Positions 28,605-42,509 of a stretch of 64,000 nt of DNA are shown one piece after another (within the stretch, counting starts at the first letter, position 1; the number at the start of each line of letters is the position of its first letter). The DNA comes from Spizellomyces punctatus DAOM BR117 (taxonomy: Eukaryota), in the NCBI GenBank assembly GCA_000182565.2, contig KQ257451.1; one strand, written 5' to 3'. The position numbers and the translations under genes were made by a program. The notes beneath the pieces were generated by a model. It saw nothing but the letters and a program-made list of their open reading frames with translations. It searched no databases and had not been told where the DNA came from.

Positions 28605-29989
28605 TTATTTCAATGGAGAGAAGGGCATTGGCTTCATAATTGTAGATTCCATTGTTTCAATCAATGGTACAGTTCGCGCGACTGTTTGCGCCCACCCGTC
28701 AACCTGCCAGGCTTTTTCTCGCATTTCCTTTCGGACTTGAAGATCCCTAATAGATCTCGTTCAGTATATCGCATACCAACGCTCATTCACCTCGAATGTG
28801 TAATACTCACGGATACGCCCACATGTGATGAACCCAGTTCAGTGGTCCAAGCTGGGAGAACCACGCTCCCACTGGCTGCACGAATCTCCGACGAGCGTCC
28901 AACCCACGTCGCCTGCGAAATGCCATCGGTGTTAGATAACCTGGTGCCAACCATTGATGAGGTACCTAAGTACCTACCACTCTGTTTCCCATTCAAGCAA
29001 TCGACCCGGCTAATCTCAGAGAAAGTGGTCAGACCCCTGTTCGACTTTAAACGACAGATGCACTTAATCGCACCTTCAGAAGATACGATCGCAGCTCATA
29101 TATCCCATCATGTATCTCTGGTGACGATCCCTGCCAAAAGGCAAACTCCAACAGCATCTGATTCTGTCTTGATCGTAGCATAGGCGCCAGTTGTCTCAAG
29201 AATGCTTGATACCGCTAAAGGATGGTGAGATTGAATATAATGATGCGATGGACGACCGATACCGCAAGACTTACAACATCTTTCTTCAGCAAGGCTTGGG
29301 TTTCAATGTAACCAGGATAGTTATTGTACTCCCATATGTGAACTAACGCAAATTATTAGATTTGACTCCTAATAATCAACAGATAATGAAGGTCATCGTA
29401 CCAGCCCTGTCGAGTTCCCCAAACTCGGTTGTCCAGCTGCCAAATAACTTCACTTTGAATTCTGGCATGTCCGCTACTCGAGGGTAGTTTTCGTCACTGA
29501 AAAGTTGTATAGAGCTCAAAAATAATATCGCGGTAAGTATAACGGATGGCAAAACACGTACAGGAGTTGGATATAGTCCTGCATAGCTTCGGGTTTTACA
29601 TTGTGGACTAATTCGAGCCAATATAATGAGTACGATTTCGTCTAGCAGCTCGAGACAAGCACTTTATGCGTCAACACGCATCACAGCCACATACTCTGCA
29701 ATTCATGCACGTATTTTCCTCTGGCCAGGATCTTTGAATAGGTCTGGTTATCGTCAGCCTCATCCCTTTTGGCTTTCTCGCTGCCGTGCAGAATGGAGCT
29801 CACGATGGCTTTTGCTTTGCTCGTTTTGGTCGATGGGTGGGAAGGCTCGGGTTTCTCGGGAGTCGTGTCAGAGGGGGTTGAGGATGCTGACAATCCCTGA
29901 AAGCTCGACCGGCTAAAGCATCGTGTCTGCCCGTGCAACTGTACGATTTGCTTCGGAAGGCGACGCGACAGATGGCCAACGACACGCAT
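28605..29989 (-). CDS. NIPSNAP-family mitochondrial protein, multi-exon
   Basis: Presequence, SILHGS..TYSKILARGKYVHELQ, KLFGSWTTEFGELD and GWQVDGWAQTV. C-terminus IMKPMPFSPLK. Confidence 0.88.
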
Positions 29990-30417
29990 GATAATCAGTT
30001 ATCTTCAGTGGTTAGTGAGGAAAACGACAAGGTGCTGATCAGATCTATAGATGAAGGGCAAAGATGGAAGGCAACGTCAAAGAGTCTCCCCCACCTGACA
30101 GCGTGGCACAAGGAGGCGCGGCGGTCTTTGCTGACGCTGTGAGCTGCAAAGACAACGCTATGAGTTTGCAGGAGGATACAGTGGTCAAAAATCCACGACG
30201 AGTATGTCAGGGTTAATATTTATAATAATAATCTATCTTTAAATGCGTTTAATAAATATCCTAAACTATTCTTTAGAATGAGATATTATGATGCTGTTTG
30301 AGTATATTGCAGACATGATACTTCTGTAGTGCAGAGTCGCGTAAGCAAATCAGCAATGACTCATCAACCAGCAGCATCATCTTGTCCTGGATGGCTGGAC
30401 ATGTTAAGGTCGGGGAA

Positions 30418-33400
30418 ATGAGCAGTGAAGAGGTCAATCAGGCTAGCATAAAGTCTATAGATAAAGCCTCAATCCACAGGATATGCTCAGGACAAGTTAT
30501 TCTTGATCTTGCTACCGCCGTAAAAGTAATTCACCAATAAAACAAGAGAGAGACATATGTTTTTTTCGTCCGCACAGCTCTTTTTGCTCACAATTGTTTC
30601 CCCGCAATAGGAGTTGGTTGAGAATAGCATAGATGCTGGTGCGACTAGTATTGAAGTTCGTTTGAAGGAGTATGGTTCTGAGTCGGTCGAAGTGATAGGT
30701 GCTGATGTTACAAGGTCATGGACGTGATCTACCGTCACTCACGTCTTGACCGTTTTGTAGATAATGGTTTTGGAATATCCCCTCACGACTATTCCACCTT
30801 GGGTAGTAATGGCGTTGACATGCAATCGACTTAAATCTCTGCTAACAATGTGCTTCACCCATCCTGCTCAATAGCACTTAAACATTATACATCCAAAATT
30901 GCAGAGTTTGACGACATTTACCGCGTCAACTCGTTTGGCTTTCGTGGGGAGGCTCTAAGCTCCCTATGTTCGTTTGCAAAAGTCACCGTGGTGACATGCA
31001 CCGAAGATCAGGTCCCAGTAGGGACCAAGTTGGAGTACGATTCCCGGGGAAAATTGGTAGCTTCGGCGCCTCTGGCCAGAGCCAAAGGTACAATCTGCGA
31101 TATTCGCCTCAGTATTATTTGTAACATAGGCTGATTCTTTGGCTCATCAGGTACAACGGTGGCTCTTTCCAATCTCTTTCACTCTCTACCTGTCCGCTTG
31201 CATGAGTTCAAGCGCAATCTGAAGCGGGAATATGCAAAATGCCTGGATCTCATTCAGGCCTACGCAATCATTTGCACTGGCATCCGCATATCGTTTAGCA
31301 ATCAAATCGGAAAAGGGTATGTTGATTTTCTCTTTGCTGCGGAACATGGCTCGTGAAACATCTCTTATATCCTTGTAGAGAGCGGAGTCGCATATTTACC
31401 ACGCACGGAAATATAACCCTGAGGGATAATATCTCAAACGTTTTTGGCGCAAAATTGAGAGACCAGCTGGTACCGGTTGAAATCAAATTGACTGGCATGG
31501 AAGGGGATTCGGAAATACCAACGTAAGGATCAATTAGCTCCCTGAACGGAAACCTTTCGTCTCATCCGCATTTGATGTAGGCTGGTTGTTACGGGTTTCA
31601 TATCACGGTGAGGACTTGGCGGTAAATGATGCGATTCAGTATTCTCATGTGTCCAAAGCCCAGACCCGCACTATGCACGAAATAGCACAGATCGGCAATA
31701 CTTCTTCATAAATAAAAGGCCCTGCGATATGCCCAAAGTGAGTAGTTATATTAACTGGATTTATGATGGTTTCTCATTTTTTATTTTTTAGATCGCAAAA
31801 GTCGTCAATGAAATTTATGGGGGCTTTGTTACCCACAAATACCCCATTGCAATTCTGAATTTGGAACTTGAAGCAGGTATTTGAGACAACTGGGATCAGC
31901 ATGCAGCCCAGAATCAGTAAAATCAACTAACAGAGCTTACTTCAGGGCGATATGATGTGAATATCACTCCAGATAAGCGCACTGTGCTTCTTCAGGATGA
32001 GCGACAACTTGTCGATGCCTTGAAAGTACGTTCAATTAGAGCGCACCGTACAATAACATGAGTCTCATTGCGCTCTCGCTCTCTAGGAACAGCTCAGAGA
32101 GTTCCTCGAGACTTTTCAAGGAACATATGCTACTCAACGGCCCGTCGAACCTAGCTTCGATGGACGATTGTCATCGAAGGAGACATTGTCACAACGGGGC
32201 AGCGTAAAATCGTCACCTGTGATTACTCCTCGTCACGTCGCTTCATCCCCCGAGGTTCCTGAAGACATCTTTCATGAACCACTCGCAGCGGATCCGGCTG
32301 ACATAGAGTATACGCCGTCCGACGCAAGCATTGAGCTGGTTGAAGCGGAGCCGATTCCGCGTACAGAGATGAATGTAGATATCTCTGATGAAGAAGTAGA
32401 AAACGCCGGCAGTGCGTGGGGTGCACTACTGAAAGGAAAACGTCGCGCTGAATCTACCAAGAAAGATACAGCCGGCCCCAGAGTAAAAAAGTCCCGAAAG
32501 CAAGCTGCAGATGGAACACGGCATCGGGCATTCGCTCTTCGTAAATATCTAGCCGATATCTCTTCCGGCGCGACAATGGCATTCGATCCCGTGCAAATAA
32601 CGGCACGCATGCGACAACGGCAACGGCAACGTGCGGAACTCAGAAAGAGGCAGATTAGGACAGTCCCTTTAGTTACGGACGAGAATACTGCTGTGGAAGA
32701 ATTAAATAGGCTGATCAGAAAAGAAGATTTCAAGAGAATGCAAGTCCTTGGTCAGTTCAATCTGGGATTCATCGTTGTGAGGCTAGGAAATGATCTGTTT
32801 ATCATCGATCAACATGCAAGGTATGCGCTGCTTGCGCGCTGACTTGCGTTCTCGCGATTACTTACTTGCGATTTATCTGGGTTATTCGCTAGCGATGAAA
32901 AGTACAACTACGAAAATCTTAAAAGGACAATGAAAATTGAAACGCAAAAGCTACTACAGTGCGTACGAGCCTGGCTATCATGCGGGTTTCATTTCATTGA
33001 CTTGATTCCAGGCCGATCGCACTCGATCTCACAGCACAACAAGAATTGATAGCTGCTGAGCATGAGGACATTCTGCGGTATCTGTCATCATCGTTGGTAT
33101 TCGCTGAGAGGCATTTGTTGATGTTGTCGTCTCAGGAACAACGGTTTCCAAATCGCTTTTGACCCAGACGCTCCACCTTCACAACGTGTCACACTCTTGG
33201 CATTACCCCAAAGCAAAGGTGTGTCCTTTTCAATCAAGGATCTCGAAGAACTTTTGCATAAACTTGGTGATGGTGCGGACGAAGACGTGAGATGTTCACG
33301 TTTGAATACACTCATGGCATCGAAGGCGTGTCGGACGGCTGTGATGATTGGTACAGCATTGGATATGGGTCAGATGAAAAAGGTACTCAAACATAAGCAC

Positions 33401-33645
33401 GTGCTCTTGTTGTTGACTGTAAGCTAAAATGTCTATGTTGCCAAGATTGTTGTACAAATGGGTGAAATGGACCAGCCCTGGGTAATTTCTACGATTGCAT
33501 CATCTTACATTGCTGGTCTGTAGTTAATAGCATCTCTTTACAGAACTGCCCGCATGGCCGACCCACCATGAGACATTTGGCCGACCTCAAAACAATATCC
33601 TCAGAATATTCGCAAAGAGCGGCCTGCTTTGGTGTCGAGGATTAG
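30418..33645 (+). CDS. PMS1: MutL-alpha mismatch-repair endonuclease (Pms1/PMS2), many exons
   Basis: IHRICSGQV, KELVENSIDAGA, GFRGEALSSL, GQFNLGFI, intron-split DQHA/SDEKYNYE, ACRTAVMIG and NCPHGRPTMRHL. Confidence 0.96.
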
Positions 33646-34099
33646 GTCCTGGTTAATCTTGTGTAACGTTCATTGGCAGCGTAGCCACGTGATTTTGGGC
33701 TCGGTTTTTTGCTTTTATGGTACCTTCTCTGTATTTATTTCAATGATTACAATGATTGATTGTACGAGAAGGTAGAGCAGGCCTATTATAGTAGTTTGTT
33801 TTGTGTATAGGTTAGAGGAGGGTCGCGGCCGTCGTTCTCGAGCTTAGGATTCAAAAAATAGTTTTTTCCATGGATTCATTTAGAGCGGCATACGCTGATT
33901 ACATCCCTTTTAGTCTTTACTTGTCTTCCGCCTACATCATTACGATGGAGAAGCTGGTATCAAAATAAGCAAATGTTCTACCAAGCCACTGATCGTCTCA
34001 AATGGCCCCGCCTGGGCCAGTGATGGACAGTTATTTGAAAGCCTGCTCAACTGATACATTTATTAGTGGGGAGATTCATATTTTTCGCCGAGTTCCTCC

Positions 34100-37000
34100 A
34101 TGAACAGCTTGGGCTCCTATCTAGCGGCGAAGGCTGCTCAATCAAAGCCAGTGACGCCACAACGACAAAGTCCGGCTGAAAATGGCAAAAAGGCAGTCTC
34201 ACCAACATCTCCAACAAAAGTGACTGCATCATATCCCCCTGCACCCCAACGTGCAGAGTCACTCATTTCAGCGTCCGACGCACTGTCCATTATTACTGGT
34301 CCTGCGCCGTCTAGTTTGGGCCGAGGACCCCTCGTTACGTCGCCCACACCAACATCAGGGAATGTGTCACCGAGATTTTCGCCCATGCGAGGACTGTGGG
34401 GATCAAGTACACAGAAACCTGTATCTACAAGTGGAGGTCTCCTAGATAATTTTGATTTTGAATTTGATGGTTTGTCGGGCGGAACGAATGATTGGGACGC
34501 TGATTTGGAACACGGCGAGGAGCGGGCTAGTCCTGCCGCGGACTGGAAGTTCGGAAAAGGAGGGGCCGGTCGCAATGCTGATGCTGAAATCGTCAGACCT
34601 CCTCCTTCTGAGGTAGATACCGACTTTACAGGTTCTGCTCGATATTCATCTCAATTTCTTTCATATGCGTGCAGGTTGCACGAGGCGGTTGGTTGTGGAC
34701 TCAATTGACGCTAAATTGGAAGAAGGTTTATGGCATTTTGACATATAAGAATGGAAACATGGGTATCATTCACTTATATGAGAACGAAGACGTAAGGCTC
34801 TGAACAATATTGTATGACGGTCTCGAACTATTTCTCTAAGCCAGTTGAATTCCAGGACTCTCAACCGTTTCGCATCGTCGAACTCAGCACATGTACCGAG
34901 GTTGAGGCCTGTAAAGATGCCAACACTTTCATGACAGGAAGATACGAATTTAGGCTGCGGATGTCGTCTAGGCAGGATGCAGTCTTTGCTGCTGAATCGG
35001 GGGTGGATCGATCACAGTGGATAGCGTCACTCAAAATGCTCCTTCCACGCGCACATACTCCGGGTATGCATTCGCCGATGCCGCTGCCGAGTGCCCCTCA
35101 ATTAGACCAACTTGTTGAAGATAGAATGGGAGAGCAGAGAGAGGCAGATGAAGAGTATTATGAAATACCCAGGAGGACATCTGATACTACGTTTGCACAA
35201 GCCGCATTTCATGGCTACGCCAGACGACACAATGCTACTGTTGACTCGGAACAACCAAGTCAGCTCTATAGTCCCACCGGGCAGGATATTCGAACTGAAA
35301 TCGTCAATGTGAAAGATCTCCTTCTTAAGCTGTTGGACGTCAATACGCGCGCCGACACTTCCACTGATGTCTCAGAGCGTTATATCGAACTGCGATCCGA
35401 ATTAACAAAATTGTCGCGAACCTTTGAAGAAACGTCGAAGGGCATTGCAACAGCGGTACAGGATTTAAAGCACGCCATGCCTCCAAAACCCAATGAGACC
35501 TCCTCAACCACCGAGCTAGAGACGGCTGTCGTAGAGTTAACGGATTCAATGGAAATACGAACAAGCAAAATTGCCAAAATGGTGCACGAATTGTTGCAGA
35601 AGGACGATCATGGAGAGCGTATCCAAGCAGGACTAGAAGATTTGAAGACATTGTTAAAAGAAGCTTTGACCCGATTTAGTGGCCAGCATGCGAATGCTTC
35701 CTTAGGGCAAAATGGTTCACTAGAAGCATCAATTGCGTCACTGAATGCTACAGTGCATAGCATTGCACAGAGTTTCAGCGAACTACAGCTAACGCTTTCG
35801 ACACCGTCAGAACAATCCCCACATCTGGCTGAGCACCTGGCGAAGAGTTCGGATGCATTGAACTCCATCTCTGGACGCTTGGAAGGTCTTTATGAGACTC
35901 AACATCAGCACAGTGTCGATATGGGCATGTTGATGGGGATGCTAGCAGAATCCAATCAAAAAGCTGCGTTGAAGCAAACCGAAACAATGAGTTTAGTGAG
36001 AGATGCTAAGGGTGGTGTCGAAGAGATGAAGGTTATCTTGCAGCAGCATGGATCGACAGTCATTGAGCGAATTGACTCGTGGGCCAAGAATGTGGACAAG
36101 ACTGGTGCCGGGCAACAGACCGAACTCCAGAGTGTTGTCACAAATATGCGCGAGGAGCTGTCAACTACTCTTCAGCACCTCCGCGAAGAGAAATCTGGCT
36201 CTCAAAACGACGCCATTATAGCTAGAATTGATCGTCTCTGTGATGCGCAAGAGAACACAAAACAACTGCTGATAGACAAATTGGACCCAAGTACCACCCA
36301 GGAACTACTACGATGTCTGGAAAAGCTGGATAAGCGTACCGAAGTTGACAACGTCCACATCAGGGACTCTCTGCTGACGATTGAGCGGGCCGTAAAGATG
36401 CAAAACGAAGGGTATCTCACAAAAAATGATATCCAAAGTATATCCGATACCTTAGAAGACGTCAAAGCCCGTCTGTCATCAGCCCTGTTGCGTCCCCCAC
36501 CTTCACCAAAACAAACCTCAGGGGACCGACTTGACCGGCCGACAACCAATATGATCACTTCCATCAACGACAAACTTATCCACCTCTCTAAGCTCATTGA
36601 CCATGTTCAAGAAACACAAACGGCTCGTTTCTATGCAGTTGAGGATAGACTGAAGGCCTTGCCAAGCGCATCGTCCACAGCATCCACCACTGATGAAAGC
36701 GCAACGGATGCAATGCTGCAACAGCATAAGCTTACGGATATTCGAAACAGCTTGGAAAGCATTGAAGAAAGACTATCGAGAAGCGGACGGGAAGGCCAAA
36801 GTCGACATGACGTCGTCGATGGACGGCTGGACCGAATGTCAGATCAACTTAAACACATGCAGCGAACGCTTACCAAGCTTGTACAAGTGGGTATGCTTGG
36901 TGACAACGATTCACCGTCCGTTGATTCAAGACGGTCAGATAACCCAACAGATGGAAACCTAGCATCATCATTAGCGGATCACCGGGGATTGCTGATGCAG

Positions 37001-38089
37001 CTTCGTCAAGAGTTGATTGACGTGAAGGAGCAGCTCGGAGACGATGTGACGGGGGAGAGAATGAACGACTTGCTCGGCATGTTCAGCATTTCGCAGGATA
37101 CGCATAACGTCGTTGCAGGGAAAATTGACGCTGTTTTGAATGAAATGGTGACAAAGGATGTGCTTGAGGAACTTAAGAAGCAGATACAAGCGTTAGGCGC
37201 TAGTGCTGGGAATGGTGTGGGTGGGGATGTCCGGGAGCTGAAGGAGATGATGAGCGAAATGACATCGCAAATTCAGAATCTTCGGTCTGGAACAGTGGGT
37301 GGGGCCCCTCAGCAAACAGAAAGTACTCTGCCAACCATCCTCCGCTTAACCGAATCCATTCACTCCTGCCTCGTGGCCTACCTTCCAATTGATCTTGATA
37401 CGAAACTCTCAAATATTCAATCCTCTCTCGCCTCCGCTCGCCCTCAGGCATATTGCCCTCCTCCCCAGCCACAGCAGATAACACCTCCTCGCCAGGCAGA
37501 CCTACGTGATCTCCTCACTTTTCATCAAGATCTTGCTCGGCGCGAGTTGGCCACTACGGAAGCACTCGACTCGATACAGCACTCATTGGCTAGGATGCTA
37601 GATTGTTTTGATGCGCATGGCTTGCTTCAGACCAAGGTCACCTTGGCACGGCCAGCCACCGCACCTCAGGTGATGGAAATAACCGAGCTGAAAGAGATAA
37701 AGGAAGCCATTTTGAGTTTGCAGCGAGCAGTGTCCAGACCTGACACATCAGAACCAACCAGCAGCAAGGACCTAGAAACCACAAAACTTGACTTGACAAG
37801 CAAAATCAATGTATTGAACGAGAGCATTCAACAACTGCAAGTAACGCAAGACACCATCGCAGCGGAGATTGACGCAATGTTGATGCAGCGTACAATGCTT
37901 GTGGAACAAATTGGAGGGCTTGAGGCAAAGCGCTATGAACTTGCTGCTGCACCACTGAATAAACTGAACCGAGCCGGTAGTCCGCGGAGACCAAAGAGTC
38001 GGCAAAGCATTCCTCTTAGACGGATATCTTGTCCAGTAAGAGGCAGCCTGGATCCAAGTGTAGAGGAAAGAGTGGGAGAAGTGGCGTGA
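34100..38089 (+). CDS. PH-domain protein with long coiled-coil region
   Basis: S/P-rich N-terminus. Spliced RGGWLW..WKKVYGIL..FAAESGVDRSQWIASL is PH-like. Followed by about 950 aa of heptad-rich helical sequence. Confidence 0.75.
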
Positions 38090-38298
38090 ATAAGAATAGA
38101 CTGATAGGCCTGCTAAAGTGTCCGAAAGCTTTCAGATGCCCATTTCTACATGTATTTGGAGATGTTGCACATGTTTTTCTCTGAGTGGTCAGAAGCTCTA
38201 CTGTCAAACCTCAATCGGCCGTCTTCACAAGGTGTATGCTTTCATAAATTAAGTATTTCATGCAAGAAAATGTACAAAGCTATCAATCCTATTGCAAC

Positions 38299-40980
38299 TC
38301 AAATGTCCGCGTCCGTATCAAAGATATGCTCATAGTTTGCAATGACAATTTCCAGTATGCGTGTCTGTAACTTAATTTCCATCGGATCAGGAGAAGGATC
38401 AGGAGAGTCCAGGACAGTTGGGCCCCAGACGATGGAGAGGTTAGCTGCAGTCATCCGATTTTGAGATTCATTGAGGGAGACGCTAAGACAATTTGCAATC
38501 AGACATTGAACGCATTGACGGGATGTTGACTGTGCACTCACCGCCATAGGTGTCCGGAGAGTGCCTGTAGCGTTGCGTAATTAGCGTCATGAAGTTGGTT
38601 AACCAGTTCGTGGATGTTTATGAGTCGTAGACGATCATCTTCTATTTCTGTGGTTGCATATCAAGTGTTAACTTTTAATGAGCCATCGGCATCGTCTACG
38701 TTTGGCACAATTCATCAACTTACTGGCAGCCTCAATTAGTTGTCTGTACATGGCTCTGGGGAACAGCGGATCGGGAAGTTCGCGGAAATACAATTTCAAA
38801 GCACTAGTGACGATATGGATATCTGAAGTCCATTCCTCCATGCGTACTGTGTCAGGATCTAATGGATAATATCAATCAGTGGATGCGGACCAACAGGTAG
38901 CTAATATGCCCCACCTTTATTCAGTAGCATTCGCAACTTTTGAACTTGCGCAGTCGAACCAGACATTCGATACAGCCCTTGCACGCCCATGCCATATTGT
39001 TCCACACAGTCGATACATTTTGTTACAACCGCAGGTACCGGGACCCCATCTCGCTCCATTAGAGCAACAAGATCAATTCCAAAAGAGGGCTTTGATTGAA
39101 CTATCGAACTAGCCTCAGCAGACTACATTGCGGCCATCATTGTCAGTGGAAGACAGAATGCCTAAACAAGGTCATGCCCTTGGAAGAAGAGACTCACCAT
39201 GGAATACGGCGTATATTGGTGATCTGATTTCAGCAATTGCTTTGTATTCTGCACATATGCAGCTGCATAGTCTTCAAAATCGCGCTCATTGTTGATGTTC
39301 TCCACCATCTTCACTATTCCAGGCTTCTCACTCTCGAGCGGGCTCAGTGTCGTAGCTTCTTTCATTAATGATGACTCCAACTCTTGAGCATATTTGACGA
39401 GATGATACTGTAACCCTTGATCGCATTCGTCGTTGGTTTCCTTGAGCAACTGTGAAGTGGCATTATTTAGACGGAGAATGCAAGCTTCATAGGCATATAA
39501 GGAACTCACTCGAATGAATCTGGGAAGATGGTTTTGAAAGTATGCACTGCGGATGGTGTTGGTTTGCTGAAGCTGAGTCTTATAAGCCTCGTTTGCTATG
39601 GCTGCTTTAACTCGGGCATCATCCTCATTCTTTTGCAGCTACATAGGGAAACCGAGATGTCAGAATATTGACTTCGTTTAGTTGCTAGTGTCTTATTACC
39701 TTAGCGGGATTTTGCGATTTCCATCGCTGCATGGGATTGGACAACCCCTTCGATGACAAACTCTTGTTTGACATACTTTTATGAAGGCCACTTCCAGCTC
39801 CTCCTACGTAGCGACTGAAGCCATCTCTTTCTAGCTGTTGCTCCCGGTGAAGAATGGCACGTTCCCAATCTTCTGATGTTGCTTCATAACGTGTTTTTGC
39901 CTTCCCAGCATTGTCAGCTGAGCCCGGTCGATACTTTGAACATCAGAAGAGAGGAGCCTACCTTCTCCAAAGCCATTTCCGCCTCTTGAACGGTTTTAGA
40001 GTGTCGATGCCCAGCCTCCTTTAACTACACAGAAGGCACGTTGGAAGTGAATCTTTCAAAGCCTTGTATGATGATAGTTACCTGCTTCCTACTTCGCTCA
40101 GTATTCTTATGTAGCGCCGCAAGCTCTTCAGAAACCTCCGTTATAACCTCGGCAAACTTGACCCTGATCTCACCAACTTGTTCATGAACTTTGGTAAATT
40201 GTCCCCATGCGGTACCAAATGATCTATACAGCAAAAGTACGGTCATACAGGAATCCCAAACGAACCGGAATAGGCATAATAATTACCCTTCCTTTCCCTC
40301 TGATCGACCCGCTGTAGCACCTTGAGCAAGCTTAATCATGCTCTTCCCGTATTCTTCTTCTATAGTCGCTCGTTTTTTCAGAAATGAGACAGCTTCCTTT
40401 GTGCTATGGATGTCCTCTTTGATGCGGTCAAGGAGAAGGTGGAATCCGTTCTAAAGAATTGTACCCGGCATTTTGAATTTGGCATCTTCGCAATTATTTT
40501 GACCTCCTAGTCCCGCCGTACACACCTCAAAATCACAAAGCATCTGTATAACGCCGTCCATATTACTTCCTTGAGCTTCTGCGCCACCGTCGTCTGGTGT
40601 TCCATGAAATGAGGGATTGTCAAACTCTCGCTGTTCCGAGTCAACATGTGGAAGATCCGGCAGATGAGCTGCAGACATTCGCCGACTTGGGGGGTTAATG
40701 TATTCTTAAAAAAAGAATTATGTTAGAAAGTCTCAATAATTCTATATTAATTGGAATGGATCCGTGTCCATTGCCTACAAGAATTTATTCAGTCAACAGC
40801 AACTGCTGACTCACCTCTTCCATCTTCTACTGCCGGAGCGGCTCGATCAACATATTCCTCCTCTCTGACGCTCATACGTGAAACTGTCCTCGATGCTGTG
40901 TAAGGTCTTGGTCCACGCTTTACAGATCCTAACGATCCGGAACTCGCAGTGGTAGGGGGTGAAATGGGCCGAAGCATCAT
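38299..40980 (-). CDS. F-BAR (FCH) plus RhoGAP protein, Rgd1-like, many exons
   Basis: FLKKRATIEEEYGKSM (FCH), GLYRMSG, ALKLYFRELPDPL and NRMTAANLSIVWGPTV (RhoGAP). The upstream exon splices in frame into MSAAHL. The start is uncertain. Confidence 0.88.
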
Positions 40981-41263
40981 GGACGGCTGATACAAAATGT
41001 AGCAGATTTATTGGAAGAGATTGCCCAAAGCTATCTTCTATGCTACCAGGCTTTGATATATAGGTTCATCACCTCCTGAAGAGATGCGTTGCTGGCAAAA
41101 AGCCTGTCAGGTGCCGCAGCTCGGATGGGGCCTACATTGGTGTAGGATGAAACTGTCGAAATGCGCGTCTTGCATAATCGATCATGCGCCACAGCATTCG
41201 CGCTCCTAAGCCCTTTGGTAGCTCCTTTTCCTCCTCCGATTTACTTACGATCTATGTTGGAAC

Positions 41264-42437
41264 ATGACTGGAGGATTCGACGCTCGCCAGGTAGAAGATT
41301 CTGCAAGAGAATATCTAGGTGAGTTGTGGGGATTCTGGCTTTACAAAGTCCTGTGCGCTCATCATTGCACAGAACGGCATAACATTTCCGTCTACCTGGA
41401 GGTGATTATTGCGTGATGTTTTCCACTACTTGACAAAGTGTGTATTAAACGAGACTATCAGGACGCGGTATGTCGTCTACTAGATGATCGGCCCGAGAAA
41501 CCGGCGAAATTTCTTTCAGAATAGTGAGTAGGTAACATGGTTGGCTACAGTGATGGCGGATCTGGCAGCAGCTCTGAGACTTCACGAAAAGTTTCGATAG
41601 TGTTCTCCGCGGTACAAATACGCTGCTCCGAGAATATGAGTATGTAAAGGCAACCCCGCAAAATAGACTCTCATTTGTAGATCGGTTTGGTGAAGTTTTA
41701 AAAGGAAGGAATGGTAGGTTGATTACGTTCATGATGTTTTCCAAATGTGAGCTAATGCAAAAATCCATGTGCAGCATCATATACGGCGACAGAGTATCAT
41801 CATCTTGTCGAACTTATATGCCCTGATTTCCCCTACGATGTTATCGCTCGCGCAATGGATATCGCGGAATGTCGCGGAAAGGTTTCAGTGACTTATGATG
41901 ACAATGGGTTGGCCAAACCAAAGCTGCCAGGTTCAATGTTCATACCCTGCCTGCGAATATGTTTTTCCTACCTCGGTAAGGCAACGATGATACACCGTTC
42001 CTCTTGCTATCCAACTGATCACCCCTTCACAGAGTTTTTTGAGCTCTCTCATCATGCCCTTCGTGAAGGATTCGCAAAAGCGTACTCACAGACTTGTAAT
42101 TCAGAGCTGCAAGCTGGATGCACGGCCCCAGAAGAATCAGGAGATGAAAAGGAGATTACAAAAACAGTATCAGAAACACTGTCGAACGCAATCAATAAAT
42201 TGCAAACTGATGGGTAAAGCAAGTGCTAACATCCACATTAATGATTTCCCCAAACTGACACCCTCTTTGCGTAACAGATTGTTCATCCCACCCGAACCAG
42301 CAATTGAGAGGGCCATACGCGCGGCGTGCAAACACATACACGAGACACCGATGTCATTTCCAGACGTGTACCAGTCGTTCTTGACCGAAATACTCAAGGC
42401 AGTAGAAGATCCTAGGACTGCTAGGAGTAGTTACTGA
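41264..42437 (+). CDS. C11orf49/CSTPP1-like (UPF0705) centriolar satellite tubulin-polyglutamylase regulator, about 7 short exons
   Basis: Spliced translation: AREYLERHNISVYLEDAVCRLL..FLSEYFDSVLRGTNTLLREYEYVKATPQNRLSFV..TEYHHLVELICPDFP..FSYLEFF. All introns are GT-AG and in frame. Confidence 0.8.
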
Positions 42438-42509
42438 CCGCAAAAAGAGAGACTTTCTACTATGAAAGATAGTCCTTCTACTGAACCATCCTATGTATCT
42501 AGCTTAATA

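Noticed and set aside
28575-29183. 202-aa plus-strand ORF
   Set aside because: Antisense shadow of the NIPSNAP exons, with no recognisable protein features.
42170-42280. Apparent frameshift between ORFs 41855-42217 and 42039-42437
   Set aside because: Explained by an ordinary intron (gtaaag...taacag) in the CSTPP1-like gene.
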